Position numbers and translations under genes: made by a program. The notes under the pieces were generated by a model, which worked only from the letters and a program-made list of their open reading frames with translations, searched no databases and was not told the DNA's origin. From Candidatus Planktophila sp. (GTDB lineage Bacteria; Actinomycetota; Actinomycetes; Nanopelagicales; Nanopelagicaceae), in the NCBI GenBank assembly GCA_964201135.1, contig CAXNDE010000001.1, positions 1 through 34,561 of the forward strand: a stretch of DNA of 34,561 nt. The letters run 5' to 3'. The stretch's first letter is position 1; each line of letters starts with the position of its first letter. Shown one piece after another: positions 1 to 7,475 of the stretch.

Positions 1-6
1 TTTGGT

Positions 7-354
7 GTGGAAAAATTTGGCTATATGGCAATGTTAGTTTTCACAGTTTTTGGCTCTTTTTGGCTTGAAATATTTCTCAAGACAAGTGTTCTGCGAAGGT
101 GGAAAAGAGCTCTTCTAAGCATTCTTCCTGTGAGTATTTTCTTCCTAGCCTGGGATGCATATGCAATTGCCCAAGGACACTGGTTTTTCAATAGGGATCG
201 AATGCTGGGAATCTATGGCCCATTCGAGATCCCATTAGAGGAGTTCCTCTTTTTCATCATCGTTCCCATGGCAGCGATCTTGACCATAGAGGGCGTGACA
301 ACGGTGAAACCTCACTTGCGTGAGAAGGAGTTTGGTAAGGATACAGAGCAGTGA
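7..354 (+). CDS. Lycopene cyclase domain protein (heterodimeric CrtYc-like subunit)
   Basis: Small hydrophobic protein with WD..AI...W.F and IPLEEFLFF motifs typical of the lycopene cyclase domain; start may lie slightly upstream of the window. Confidence 0.85.
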   Translation: MEKFGYMAMLVFTVFGSFWLEIFLKTSVLRRWKRALLSILPVSIFFLAWDAYAIAQGHWFFNRDRMLGIYGPFEIPLEEFLFFIIVPMAAILTIEGVTTVKPHLREKEFGKDTEQ

Positions 355-683
355 TCTATAGCGATATTGCAATAACAGCCTTTTCTCTCTCGATCATGAT
401 CGATCTCTTTCTCTTCAAGAACTCGCTTTTAACGCGTCTAGCTTTCTGGCTCTCCTATGCAATCATTTTTCCTTTTCAGTTGATAACCAACTGGTGGCTC
501 ACGCATCCTCGAAGTGATGGAAAAGCTATCGTCATGTACGACCCAGAGACAATTATTGGAATCCGGATTGCAAGTGCCCCAATTGAGGATCTTCTCTTTG
601 GATTCGCTCTTGTTCTCACAGTGATGGGCATGTGGGAGTTCTGGGGTCGAAGGGGATTTCAGCGCAACAAAAAACTACAGTAA
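351..683 (+). CDS. Lycopene cyclase domain protein (CrtYd-like subunit)
   Basis: Hydrophobic, GIRI..APIEDLLFGF motif; GTGA overlap with upstream paralog. Confidence 0.85.
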   Translation: MIYSDIAITAFSLSIMIDLFLFKNSLLTRLAFWLSYAIIFPFQLITNWWLTHPRSDGKAIVMYDPETIIGIRIASAPIEDLLFGFALVLTVMGMWEFWGRRGFQRNKKLQ

Positions 684-695
684 AGTCACTCCATT

Positions 696-719
696 AGGGG
701 CGGTAGCTCAGTTGGTTAG
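696..719 (+). repeat. Perfect 24-bp direct repeat of tRNA 5' end (att-like scar)
   Basis: AGGGGCGGTAGCTCAGTTGGTTAG at 696-719 is identical to 4858-4881. Confidence 0.95.
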
Positions 720-845
720 GTGATCTCGCCCAAGTGGCCATAAAACGTAAAAATCTCGACCGTAAAGTTAGTGAATCTTTCCTTTCAAACCCATACACTT
801 CTCAGAGATAGAGGCTCCTTTCGCAAGGGGTCTGAGGGGACCTGA

Positions 846-1874
846 TTGAACACACCTATCGTCACGCTCAAAGGTGTCAGTAAATCATTTGGAGACGTAC
901 ACGCTGTCGTAAATCTCGACTTAAACATTCAATCTGGTGAATTTTTTTCAATGCTTGGTCCATCTGGTTCAGGAAAAACAACAGTGCTCCGACTGATTGC
1001 CGGGTTTGAAAATGTCACTGCGGGAACTATCGCAATAGGTTCACGTGATGTCACCGCTCTGGCTCCCTTCGATCGCCCCGTGAATACTGTTTTTCAGGAT
1101 TACGCTCTGTTTCCTCATATGACTGTTCAAAAAAATGTTGAGTACGGTCTAAGAACGCAAAAAGTTCCCTCGAATGAGCGCCGTAAATTATCTAATACCG
1201 CTATTGAATCTGTAAAACTCTCCCACGTTGCCTCTAGGCTTCCCCACCAACTCTCAGGAGGGCAACGACAACGAATCGCCCTTGCCAGAGCATTAGTTTT
1301 GAGGCCACAAGTCCTTCTTTTGGATGAGCCACTTGGTGCACTCGATAAGCAGTTGCGAGAAGAGATGCAGATTGAGCTGAAACGAATTCAACGTGAGGCT
1401 GGAATCACCTTCATATTCGTGACTCACGATCAAGAGGAAGCGATGAGGATGAGCGATCGAGTTGCAGTCTTCAATGAAGGGCGTATCGAGCAAATTGGAA
1501 CTCCGCGAGAGGTGTATGAGCTTCCACACACTAAATTTGTTGCAAGTTTTCTAGGTGCCTCAAATATCTTTGAGCCTGTAATTTCAAAGCAACTCTTGGG
1601 AGCATCTGAGACTGTCAATATTAGACCTGAGCAGATTCACTTAAAGTCAATAAATTCGAAGATTGCCTCAGACGAGGTAGGCATCGTGGGTGAAGTTGTT
1701 GAAGCTTCCTTCGTAGGTGCAAATACGATTTTTTTCATTCAAACCGAATCCGGTCTCCGACTCACCTCGCGAAGATCCAACGAAGAATTACCAGATGGAA
1801 TCACCCGATTCAAATCTGGTGATCGGGTGCTTGCAGTTTGGCGTAAAAGCCAGAGTGTGGTCATTCCGAACTAA
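846..1874 (+). CDS. potA: Polyamine-type ABC transporter ATP-binding protein (PotA-like)
   Basis: Walker A GPSGSGKT, VFQDYALFPHM, LSGGQRQR signature, LLLDEPL; C-terminal TOBE-like region; TTG start after GAGGGG. Confidence 0.85.
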   Translation: MNTPIVTLKGVSKSFGDVHAVVNLDLNIQSGEFFSMLGPSGSGKTTVLRLIAGFENVTAGTIAIGSRDVTALAPFDRPVNTVFQDYALFPHMTVQKNVEYGLRTQKVPSNERRKLSNTAIESVKLSHVASRLPHQLSGGQRQRIALARALVLRPQVLLLDEPLGALDKQLREEMQIELKRIQREAGITFIFVTHDQEEAMRMSDRVAVFNEGRIEQIGTPREVYELPHTKFVASFLGASNIFEPVISKQLLGASETVNIRPEQIHLKSINSKIASDEVGIVGEVVEASFVGANTIFFIQTESGLRLTSRRSNEELPDGITRFKSGDRVLAVWRKSQSVVIPN

Positions 1875-1904
1875 TCTGGCCTTATGCCAAAAGAAAGGAA
1901 AGTA

Positions 1905-3068
1905 ATGAAGGCAAAAAAACTAGGGAGATTTAGTCTTCTGGCTGTGTCTCTGCTTATCGTTTCTGGATGCTCATCTGATAGTAGTTCCGTTAGCATTGAG
2001 GTCCCCGACATCCCTATGCACCAAGAACTTGGTGCATTTGAGGGTGAATTAAATATCGTCAACTGGTCTGGTTTTGTTGAGCCAGCATGGACAGATAAAT
2101 TTACAGCCGATACTGGCTGCAAAGTTAAGCCACGTGTAGCCGGAACAAGTGATGAGATGGTCACCCTAATGAGAACTGGGCAATATGACATTGTCTCGGC
2201 CTCAGGAGATGCCGCTCTGCGACTCATCGTTGGTGGCGATGTTCAGCCTCTCAACCTGGATCTAATTCCTAATTTCAGTGATGACATTGCGCCAGGAATG
2301 AAGGGCAATATCTATGACACTGTTAACAACAAGCCTTACGGCGTGCCTATCGGCCGCGGAGCAAACTTGCTCCAGTACAACGATGACGTTACCAAGGGTG
2401 CTCCACCAAGTTGGGATGTAGTTTGGGAGCTAGATACACCTTATAAGGGCAAAATTACCGCTTACGATGCTCCTATTTACATAGCTGATGCAGCGGTTTA
2501 CCTGATGTATCACAACCCAGAGCTAGGGATCAAAAACCCTTATGCCCTGGATCAAAAGCAGCTTGATGCAGCGATCAGCCTTCTCAAGCAGCAGAATCAA
2601 ATCATTGGTGAGTACTGGTCAGATGTATTTGCTCAGATTGGTTCATTCACTGGAGGAAATACTGTTGTTGGTACTTCATGGGAGATCCTGCGCAAGTTTG
2701 CAGCCAAGGACAATATCAAGACAACATTACCTATTGAAGGCTCAACTGGCTGGTTTGACTCCTGGCTAGTTAGCTCTAAGACTAAAAATGTAAACTGCGC
2801 GTACGCTTGGATGGATTACACCAGCAAGGCCGATGTAAATGGTGCAATTGCCATGAACTTCGGTATGGCGCCAGCAAACATCGCCTTTTGTAAGACTAGT
2901 GCCAAGGCACAAGCTCACTGTGATGAGTACTTTGCCGAGGATGAAGAGTTCTTCAAGAGGATCTGGCCATGGACAACACCGATTGAAACATGTGTTGATG
3001 GTCGTAAGGATGTAAAGTGTACGAGCTTCCAAGAATGGACTAATGCATGGGCAACCGTTAAGGGTTAA
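1905..3068 (+). CDS. Polyamine-type ABC transporter substrate-binding lipoprotein (PotD/YdcS-like)
   Basis: Lipobox-like LIVSGC; LNIVNWSGFV, YDIV, SWDVVW, EGSTGWFDSW motifs; ATG at 1905 follows AGGAAAG. Confidence 0.85.
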   Translation: MKAKKLGRFSLLAVSLLIVSGCSSDSSSVSIEVPDIPMHQELGAFEGELNIVNWSGFVEPAWTDKFTADTGCKVKPRVAGTSDEMVTLMRTGQYDIVSASGDAALRLIVGGDVQPLNLDLIPNFSDDIAPGMKGNIYDTVNNKPYGVPIGRGANLLQYNDDVTKGAPPSWDVVWELDTPYKGKITAYDAPIYIADAAVYLMYHNPELGIKNPYALDQKQLDAAISLLKQQNQIIGEYWSDVFAQIGSFTGGNTVVGTSWEILRKFAAKDNIKTTLPIEGSTGWFDSWLVSSKTKNVNCAYAWMDYTSKADVNGAIAMNFGMAPANIAFCKTSAKAQAHCDEYFAEDEEFFKRIWPWTTPIETCVDGRKDVKCTSFQEWTNAWATVKG

Positions 3069-3075
3069 TCCAATG

Positions 3076-3111
3076 TAAATGGGGGAATCAGCTATTTGAT
3101 TCCCCCATTTA
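3076..3111 (+). terminator. 15-bp perfect stem-loop after the SBP gene (mRNA stabiliser or partial terminator)
   Basis: TAAATGGGGGAATCA-GCTATT-TGATTCCCCCATTTA. Confidence 0.7.
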
Positions 3112-3122
3112 TTGGAAACAAT

Positions 3123-4004
3123 ATGTCTACGATAAAAAATTACAAAGCCACTAGGCCAGTTTCCTCTTACTTAATTAAGCATTCGAGGGTTCGCCTAGTC
3201 GGTCTGTTAGCCCTGCCAATCCTCTGGATTGTTGGGGTTTACATACTCTCCCTTTTTCTCCTCCTCATCACCGCTTTTTGGTTCGTTGATCCATTCACAT
3301 CATTAGTGCGCCCGGGATTCACACTCGAGAGTTTCAATCTTTTATTTACGACTCCTGCCTACATCGCAACATCTATTCGAACTCTTTTTATAGCAATATG
3401 TGTAACTATCATCTGCATCTTATTTGCAGTCCCGTTAGGGATCTATATGGCTAAGGTAGCCTCATCTAGGGTACGTAATCTCCTTGCTGTTGCAATAACT
3501 CTGCCTTTGTGGGCGGGCTACTTAGTTAAATTGATAGCAATGCGTTTGGTCTTTTCTGAACAGGGCTTCTTTAATTGGGCCCTGGCTCCTATTGGTATCA
3601 AGGGGCCAGGTTTTTCAGTCCCAATTGTTATTCTTACCCTGACCTATCTTTGGTTCCCATATATGGCCCTACCTGTATTTACGGCTATCCGACAGATCCC
3701 GTCGAACTTATTTGATGCCTCCAGTGATTTAGGCGCAAAAGGTTTCATGACTATCTACCGAATTGTCCTGCCTCTCATAGTGCCTGCGATAATTGCAGGT
3801 TCAGTTTTTACATTCTCTCTTAGTCTCGGCGACTACCTAGCTGCGCGTTTCACTGGTGGTAAGACACAAATGATTGGAAGTATCATCGCCTCAAATATCA
3901 ATCTTAATCCACCTATAGCAGCCGCTTTTTCTATGGTTCCGATTTCATTTGTTGTGATTTATCTTGTTGTTGCCAGACGCACAGGCTCTCTGGAACGGAT
4001 GTAG
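3123..4004 (+). CDS. ABC transporter permease (PotB-like)
   Basis: Multi-TM protein, EAA-like loop DASSDLGA, FSLSLGDY; ATG 3123 preferred over TTG 3096, which sits inside the hairpin. Confidence 0.85.
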   Translation: MSTIKNYKATRPVSSYLIKHSRVRLVGLLALPILWIVGVYILSLFLLLITAFWFVDPFTSLVRPGFTLESFNLLFTTPAYIATSIRTLFIAICVTIICILFAVPLGIYMAKVASSRVRNLLAVAITLPLWAGYLVKLIAMRLVFSEQGFFNWALAPIGIKGPGFSVPIVILTLTYLWFPYMALPVFTAIRQIPSNLFDASSDLGAKGFMTIYRIVLPLIVPAIIAGSVFTFSLSLGDYLAARFTGGKTQMIGSIIASNINLNPPIAAAFSMVPISFVVIYLVVARRTGSLERM

Positions 4005-4005
4005 C

Positions 4006-4818
4006 GTGCTCCAATTATCTCGATTCGCAAAAATCTCACTTGTTGGCATTGTTCTTTTCGTCTTAACTTTTATGTATACACCCCTCCTGGTTGTTGTTCT
4101 TAACTCTTTCAATCAGGCACAGATTTCGAGTTGGCCGATAGAAACTTACTCACTCACGTGGTGGGAGTTTGCAGCCACCTATCAACCTATTCAAGCCGCG
4201 CTCTTGAACTCAGTAGTAGTGGCGACCTGCGCCATGCTTATAGCCCTGTTACTTGGCACTATGGTCGCTTTTGCCCTCAAAGGATTTGATTTTTTTGGCC
4301 GAGGCACCATCAATTTATTAGTTGTACTCCCTATCGCATTACCAGGAGTAGTTACGGGTGTTGCTTTTAGTAATACGTATAATGCGTTCCTCTCTCCACT
4401 CGGAGTAGATCTTGGATATTTTGGCATGATTGTCGCGCATGCAACTTTTTGTATAGTAATGGTCTTCAACAATGTCTACGCCCGACTGAAGAGAATGAAT
4501 CCCAGCTTACAAGAAGCATCTGCAGATCTTGGTGCAGGGTTGTGGCAGACCTTTCGATTAGTTACATTCCCTCAATTTAGGACGGCTTTTATAGCTGGAG
4601 CGCTGCTTGCTTTTGCACTTAGCTTTGATGAGGTAGTTGTTACGATTTTTACGGCACCTCCTGGAGTAGATACTCTCCCTCTCTGGATTTTAAAAGAGAT
4701 GGCTCGGCCGAATCAAGGAAGTGTCGTGAACGTAGTGGCGACGACAGTAATCTTGTTATCGCTCATTCCAGTTTATGCTTCCCAGCGTCTGACTAGAGCC
4801 CAAGAAAATGGAGGATAA
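4006..4818 (+). CDS. ABC transporter permease (PotC-like)
   Basis: Y.PL..VV.NSFN, EASADLGA, FALSFDEVVVT, TLPLWI motifs; GTG 4006 just after the upstream stop. Confidence 0.85.
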   Translation: MLQLSRFAKISLVGIVLFVLTFMYTPLLVVVLNSFNQAQISSWPIETYSLTWWEFAATYQPIQAALLNSVVVATCAMLIALLLGTMVAFALKGFDFFGRGTINLLVVLPIALPGVVTGVAFSNTYNAFLSPLGVDLGYFGMIVAHATFCIVMVFNNVYARLKRMNPSLQEASADLGAGLWQTFRLVTFPQFRTAFIAGALLAFALSFDEVVVTIFTAPPGVDTLPLWILKEMARPNQGSVVNVVATTVILLSLIPVYASQRLTRAQENGG

Positions 4819-4858
4819 AGTTCAACTGTGCATTACTGTTAGGGCTTCTCTCAAAAAA

Positions 4859-4935
4859 GGGGCGGTAGCTCAGTTGGTTAGAGCCCGGAACTCATAATTC
4901 CGTCGTCGTCGGTTCGAGCCCGACCCGCCCCACCA
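4859..4935 (+). tRNA. tRNA with CAT anticodon (probably lysidine-modified tRNA-Ile2; elongator Met not excluded)
   Basis: Cloverleaf: GGGGCGG/CCGCCCC acceptor stem, TAGCTCAGTTGGTTAGAGC D arm, CGGAA-CTCATAA-TTCCG anticodon arm, GTTCGAG T loop, encoded CCA; paired 1-72 and no GGG/CCC anticodon stem so not initiator. Confidence 0.93.
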
Positions 4936-5055
4936 AATCCCCCGGAATTAGAGATTACTCACAGTAACTTTTTGCCAGGTTTTCGCTACGAAACTCAATC
5001 CACAGATTACTGAGCACTGACAAGTGACTCTTAAGTTGGATTTCATACTTCCGAC

Positions 5056-5292
5056 ATGCCGAATTTTCCAACAATGAAGGCACATGAATTATTGACAATT
5101 CTAATGAAAAATCCGCTAAATTATAGGATTATGAGAACTCGTGGATCACATCGGACACTTATTTCAAATGAACGACCAAGAATCTTGTTTTCTTATCATG
5201 CTTCTGAAGAGTTGTCAGGGTTTAAGGTCAAAAAGATTTTAGTAAACGGAGTTGGTCTTAGTGAAAGTGAAGCATTGGAGGTTTTGCGGTGA
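5056..5292 (+). CDS. hicA: HicA-family type II toxin (mRNA interferase)
   Basis: 78 aa basic protein, K..EL..IL...R..GSH..L motif with catalytic His; coupled to a downstream acidic ORF. Confidence 0.8.
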   Translation: MPNFPTMKAHELLTILMKNPLNYRIMRTRGSHRTLISNERPRILFSYHASEELSGFKVKKILVNGVGLSESEALEVLR

Positions 5293-5510
5293 CACGATAT
5301 ACATTAGAAATTGAACAAGATAGCACTGGGTCTTGGATAGGTACCTCTAACTTGTATCTAGAAGAAGGAAAAACCACTTACATAGTTATCGGAGAGACAT
5401 TAGAGGGATTGCGAAAGTCGGTCCAAGAGGGTGTTAATGGAGATCTTGGTATACCTGAAATCTCATTTGAAGAGGTCTTCTTAACCAATTCCGAAGTAAC
5501 TGGTTTTTGA
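5289..5510 (+). CDS. HicB-like antitoxin, N-terminal domain only
   Basis: Y...IEQD..G.W......GETLE.LR..V.E pattern of the HicB partial RNase H fold; acidic; GTGA overlap with hicA. Confidence 0.7.
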   Translation: MTRYTLEIEQDSTGSWIGTSNLYLEEGKTTYIVIGETLEGLRKSVQEGVNGDLGIPEISFEEVFLTNSEVTGF

Positions 5511-6474
5511 ACCGTGCAATATCTAAGAGTTCATCATTTATTGGCGTATCTGTTGGGCAACTTAGATTTAAATCAGCGATCTCTTCCTCGGAAAGCTCAA
5601 TATTTAACCCTGTGAGTGAATCTAAAATCGAAGATACCTTCGATGCGCCTGGGATTGGAATTGACGTTGGGAATTGATGAAGATGCCAGGCAATTGTTAG
5701 CGCATAAGGTGAGACGCCTTTCGCGTCGGCCATCTCTTTGAATTTGCCAATTTCTCCTGAAGCAATTTTTTTGAAGTTGCCCCCTCCCCCTAAAGGTGAC
5801 CAAGGAAGAAAAGCGATTCCGTATTCATTACAAATATCGATTACTTCGGGCCAATATCGATAATTTGGACTAAATTCATTTTGTACTGAAATAATTCCCC
5901 CTTGTTGCGGTGTACCTCCTGCTTTAATCGCATGACGCAACATCTGAGCATTTACATTACTTAAGCCGATTTCACTTACATACCCGTGTTCCTTCAATTT
6001 CAGGACATTTTCAAACTGATCTTCATAAGAAATTGCAGGATCGGTTCTGTGATGCTGCCACAGCGGAATTTTTTCTAAACCCAGTTTGTAAGCAGATGCT
6101 TCAACAGCTCGGTAAAGATAATGTTTTGAAGCATTGCGACCAGAGATTCCGAACATAGTTCCATCTTTTTCTCGGGTAATTCCACCCTTTGTTGTAATGA
6201 CAACTTTGCTCTTTTGTTCAAGTGTTCCACTCCAACTAGCAAGGGCCTTCCCCACAAGCACCTCGTTGTGTCCCATCGTGTTCCAACTTGGGGCATAAAT
6301 ATCTGCAGTATCGAGCAGAGTGATACCAGCATCGAGGGCGGAATGGATTACTCCAATTGCAACATCAGGTTGATTAATTAAATCTGGAGTTCGATCATGA
6401 GGAAATGACAGTGGCATGCAGCCCATTCCAATTGCAGAAACAGTGAATGGACCGAGCGCGCGTTGAGCAATCAT
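5434..6474 (-). CDS. Aldo/keto reductase
   Basis: VSAIGMGCM, DTADIY, TKGG, HR.DP, IGLSN, QNEFS, PWSPLGGG, PIPGAS motifs. Confidence 0.92.
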   Translation of the reverse strand: MIAQRALGPFTVSAIGMGCMPLSFPHDRTPDLINQPDVAIGVIHSALDAGITLLDTADIYAPSWNTMGHNEVLVGKALASWSGTLEQKSKVVITTKGGITREKDGTMFGISGRNASKHYLYRAVEASAYKLGLEKIPLWQHHRTDPAISYEDQFENVLKLKEHGYVSEIGLSNVNAQMLRHAIKAGGTPQQGGIISVQNEFSPNYRYWPEVIDICNEYGIAFLPWSPLGGGGNFKKIASGEIGKFKEMADAKGVSPYALTIAWHLHQFPTSIPIPGASKVSSILDSLTGLNIELSEEEIADLNLSCPTDTPINDELLDIARFKNQLLRNWLRRPLQMRFQVYQDLH

Positions 6475-6530
6475 GCAAGAATGCTATTGCAAATTTTGCA
6501 CAATTACTCTGGATACGTGATAATTTAGAA

Positions 6531-7265
6531 ATGACATATCAACTTCGCAATCTCAAGGACCAAGTAATAGTTATCACAGGTGCCACTGCTGGAATGGGTG
6601 CGGCGACTGCCAAAGAATTAGTAGAACAAGGGGCGAAAGTAGTCCTTAACGCTCGCAACGAAGCCCGCTTGAAGGAGATCGTTGCCTCACTTGGTGAGGC
6701 AAATGCAATATATGTCGCCGGTGATTGCTCAGAGCCAGAAGTTTCGCGCGCAATCGCCAAAGCAGCCCTAGACAAATTCGGCACGATTGATGCGGTTGTG
6801 CCCAATGCTGGAATTGGAATGTACGGCTCCATTTTGGATTACAGCGATGATGAAGTAAACCGAATGATGAGAACTAATTACGAAGGTACCGTTCATATTA
6901 TTCGCGCGTGCTTACCAACAATGATTTCAAAAAAAGCTGGCGATATTGTCATTGTTTCATCTGTTGCAGGCTTTCGTGGTGGCGGAGATGAATCTATCTA
7001 CGCTGGCACAAAACATGCACAAGTAGGTCTAGCTGGTGGGCTTGATCGTGAGCTTCGCGAAAAAGGTGTCCGTGTGGCATTGGTATGTCCGGCAGGAACT
7101 GAAACAGAGTTTGCCATTGGATCTGGACGCATAGCCGGAACACCTGTTCTAGGTAGTTTCCTTCGGTCAGAGGATATTGCCTTCCAAATCACAACGATTT
7201 TGAAGCAGCCGCGTTCAGTGCGAACCCACATTTGGACCTTGTGGTCAATTAATCAGCAGTCTTAA
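6531..7265 (+). CDS. SDR family oxidoreductase (possibly sugar/polyol dehydrogenase)
   Basis: TGATAGMG, PNAGIG, SSVAG, YAGTK catalytic motif; ATG 6531 avoids overlap with the AKR gene. Confidence 0.9.
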   Translation: MTYQLRNLKDQVIVITGATAGMGAATAKELVEQGAKVVLNARNEARLKEIVASLGEANAIYVAGDCSEPEVSRAIAKAALDKFGTIDAVVPNAGIGMYGSILDYSDDEVNRMMRTNYEGTVHIIRACLPTMISKKAGDIVIVSSVAGFRGGGDESIYAGTKHAQVGLAGGLDRELREKGVRVALVCPAGTETEFAIGSGRIAGTPVLGSFLRSEDIAFQITTILKQPRSVRTHIWTLWSINQQS

Positions 7266-7304
7266 AACCTGTTCAACACAAAGAGTTAGAACATGGTTAC
7301 AGAT

Positions 7305-7351
7305 AACTCGTAATTCTGTCATCGTCGGTTTGAGCCCAACCCACCCCACCA
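7305..7351 (+). pseudogene. Degenerate 3'-half copy of the CAT tRNA (att-like scar)
   Basis: AACTCGTAATTCTGTCATCGTCGGTTTGAGCCCAACCCACCCCACCA versus tRNA 4889-4935: 6 transitions in 47 nt, T loop and T stem broken. Confidence 0.9.
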
Positions 7352-7356
7352 CATAG

Positions 7357-7376
7357 CGATTTATACCGATTTATAC
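7357..7376 (+). repeat. Perfect 10-bp tandem repeat CGATTTATAC x2
   Basis: Directly visible just after the tRNA remnant. Confidence 0.85.
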
Positions 7377-7475
7377 ATCTTGGTATAGCCCCCCATAGCT
7401 AGTGCTACCTCTCAATCACTAAAGGTTATCTCTTCTTTGAATATAACTACTTTTCTTTACTGTTACCTTGTTTTA

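Larger units (their letters stand above)
696..4881. mobile_element. Genomic islet 1 (polyamine-type ABC transporter) bounded by tRNA 5'-end repeats; no integrase
   Basis: 24-bp direct repeats enclose exactly the four-gene transporter operon. Confidence 0.7.
4889..7351. mobile_element. Genomic islet 2 (hicAB-like, AKR, SDR) bounded by tRNA 3' half and its decayed copy; no integrase
   Basis: 41/47 identity between 4889-4935 and 7305-7351; TA cargo, visibly AT-rich left part. Confidence 0.7.

Noticed and set aside
4952-5011. AGATTACT repeated twice, small TTACT-CAC-AGTAA palindrome, similar ACAGATAACT at 7299
   Set aside because: Only 8-10 bp in AT-rich DNA; could be operator or arm sites but not distinguishable from chance
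6488-6500. Palindrome TGCAAA-T-TTTGCA between AKR and SDR
   Set aside because: Possible operator, but short and no cognate regulator in the islet; insufficient support
7305-7351. Functional tRNA with CGT anticodon
   Set aside because: No acceptor 5' strand or D arm; T loop and T stem disrupted
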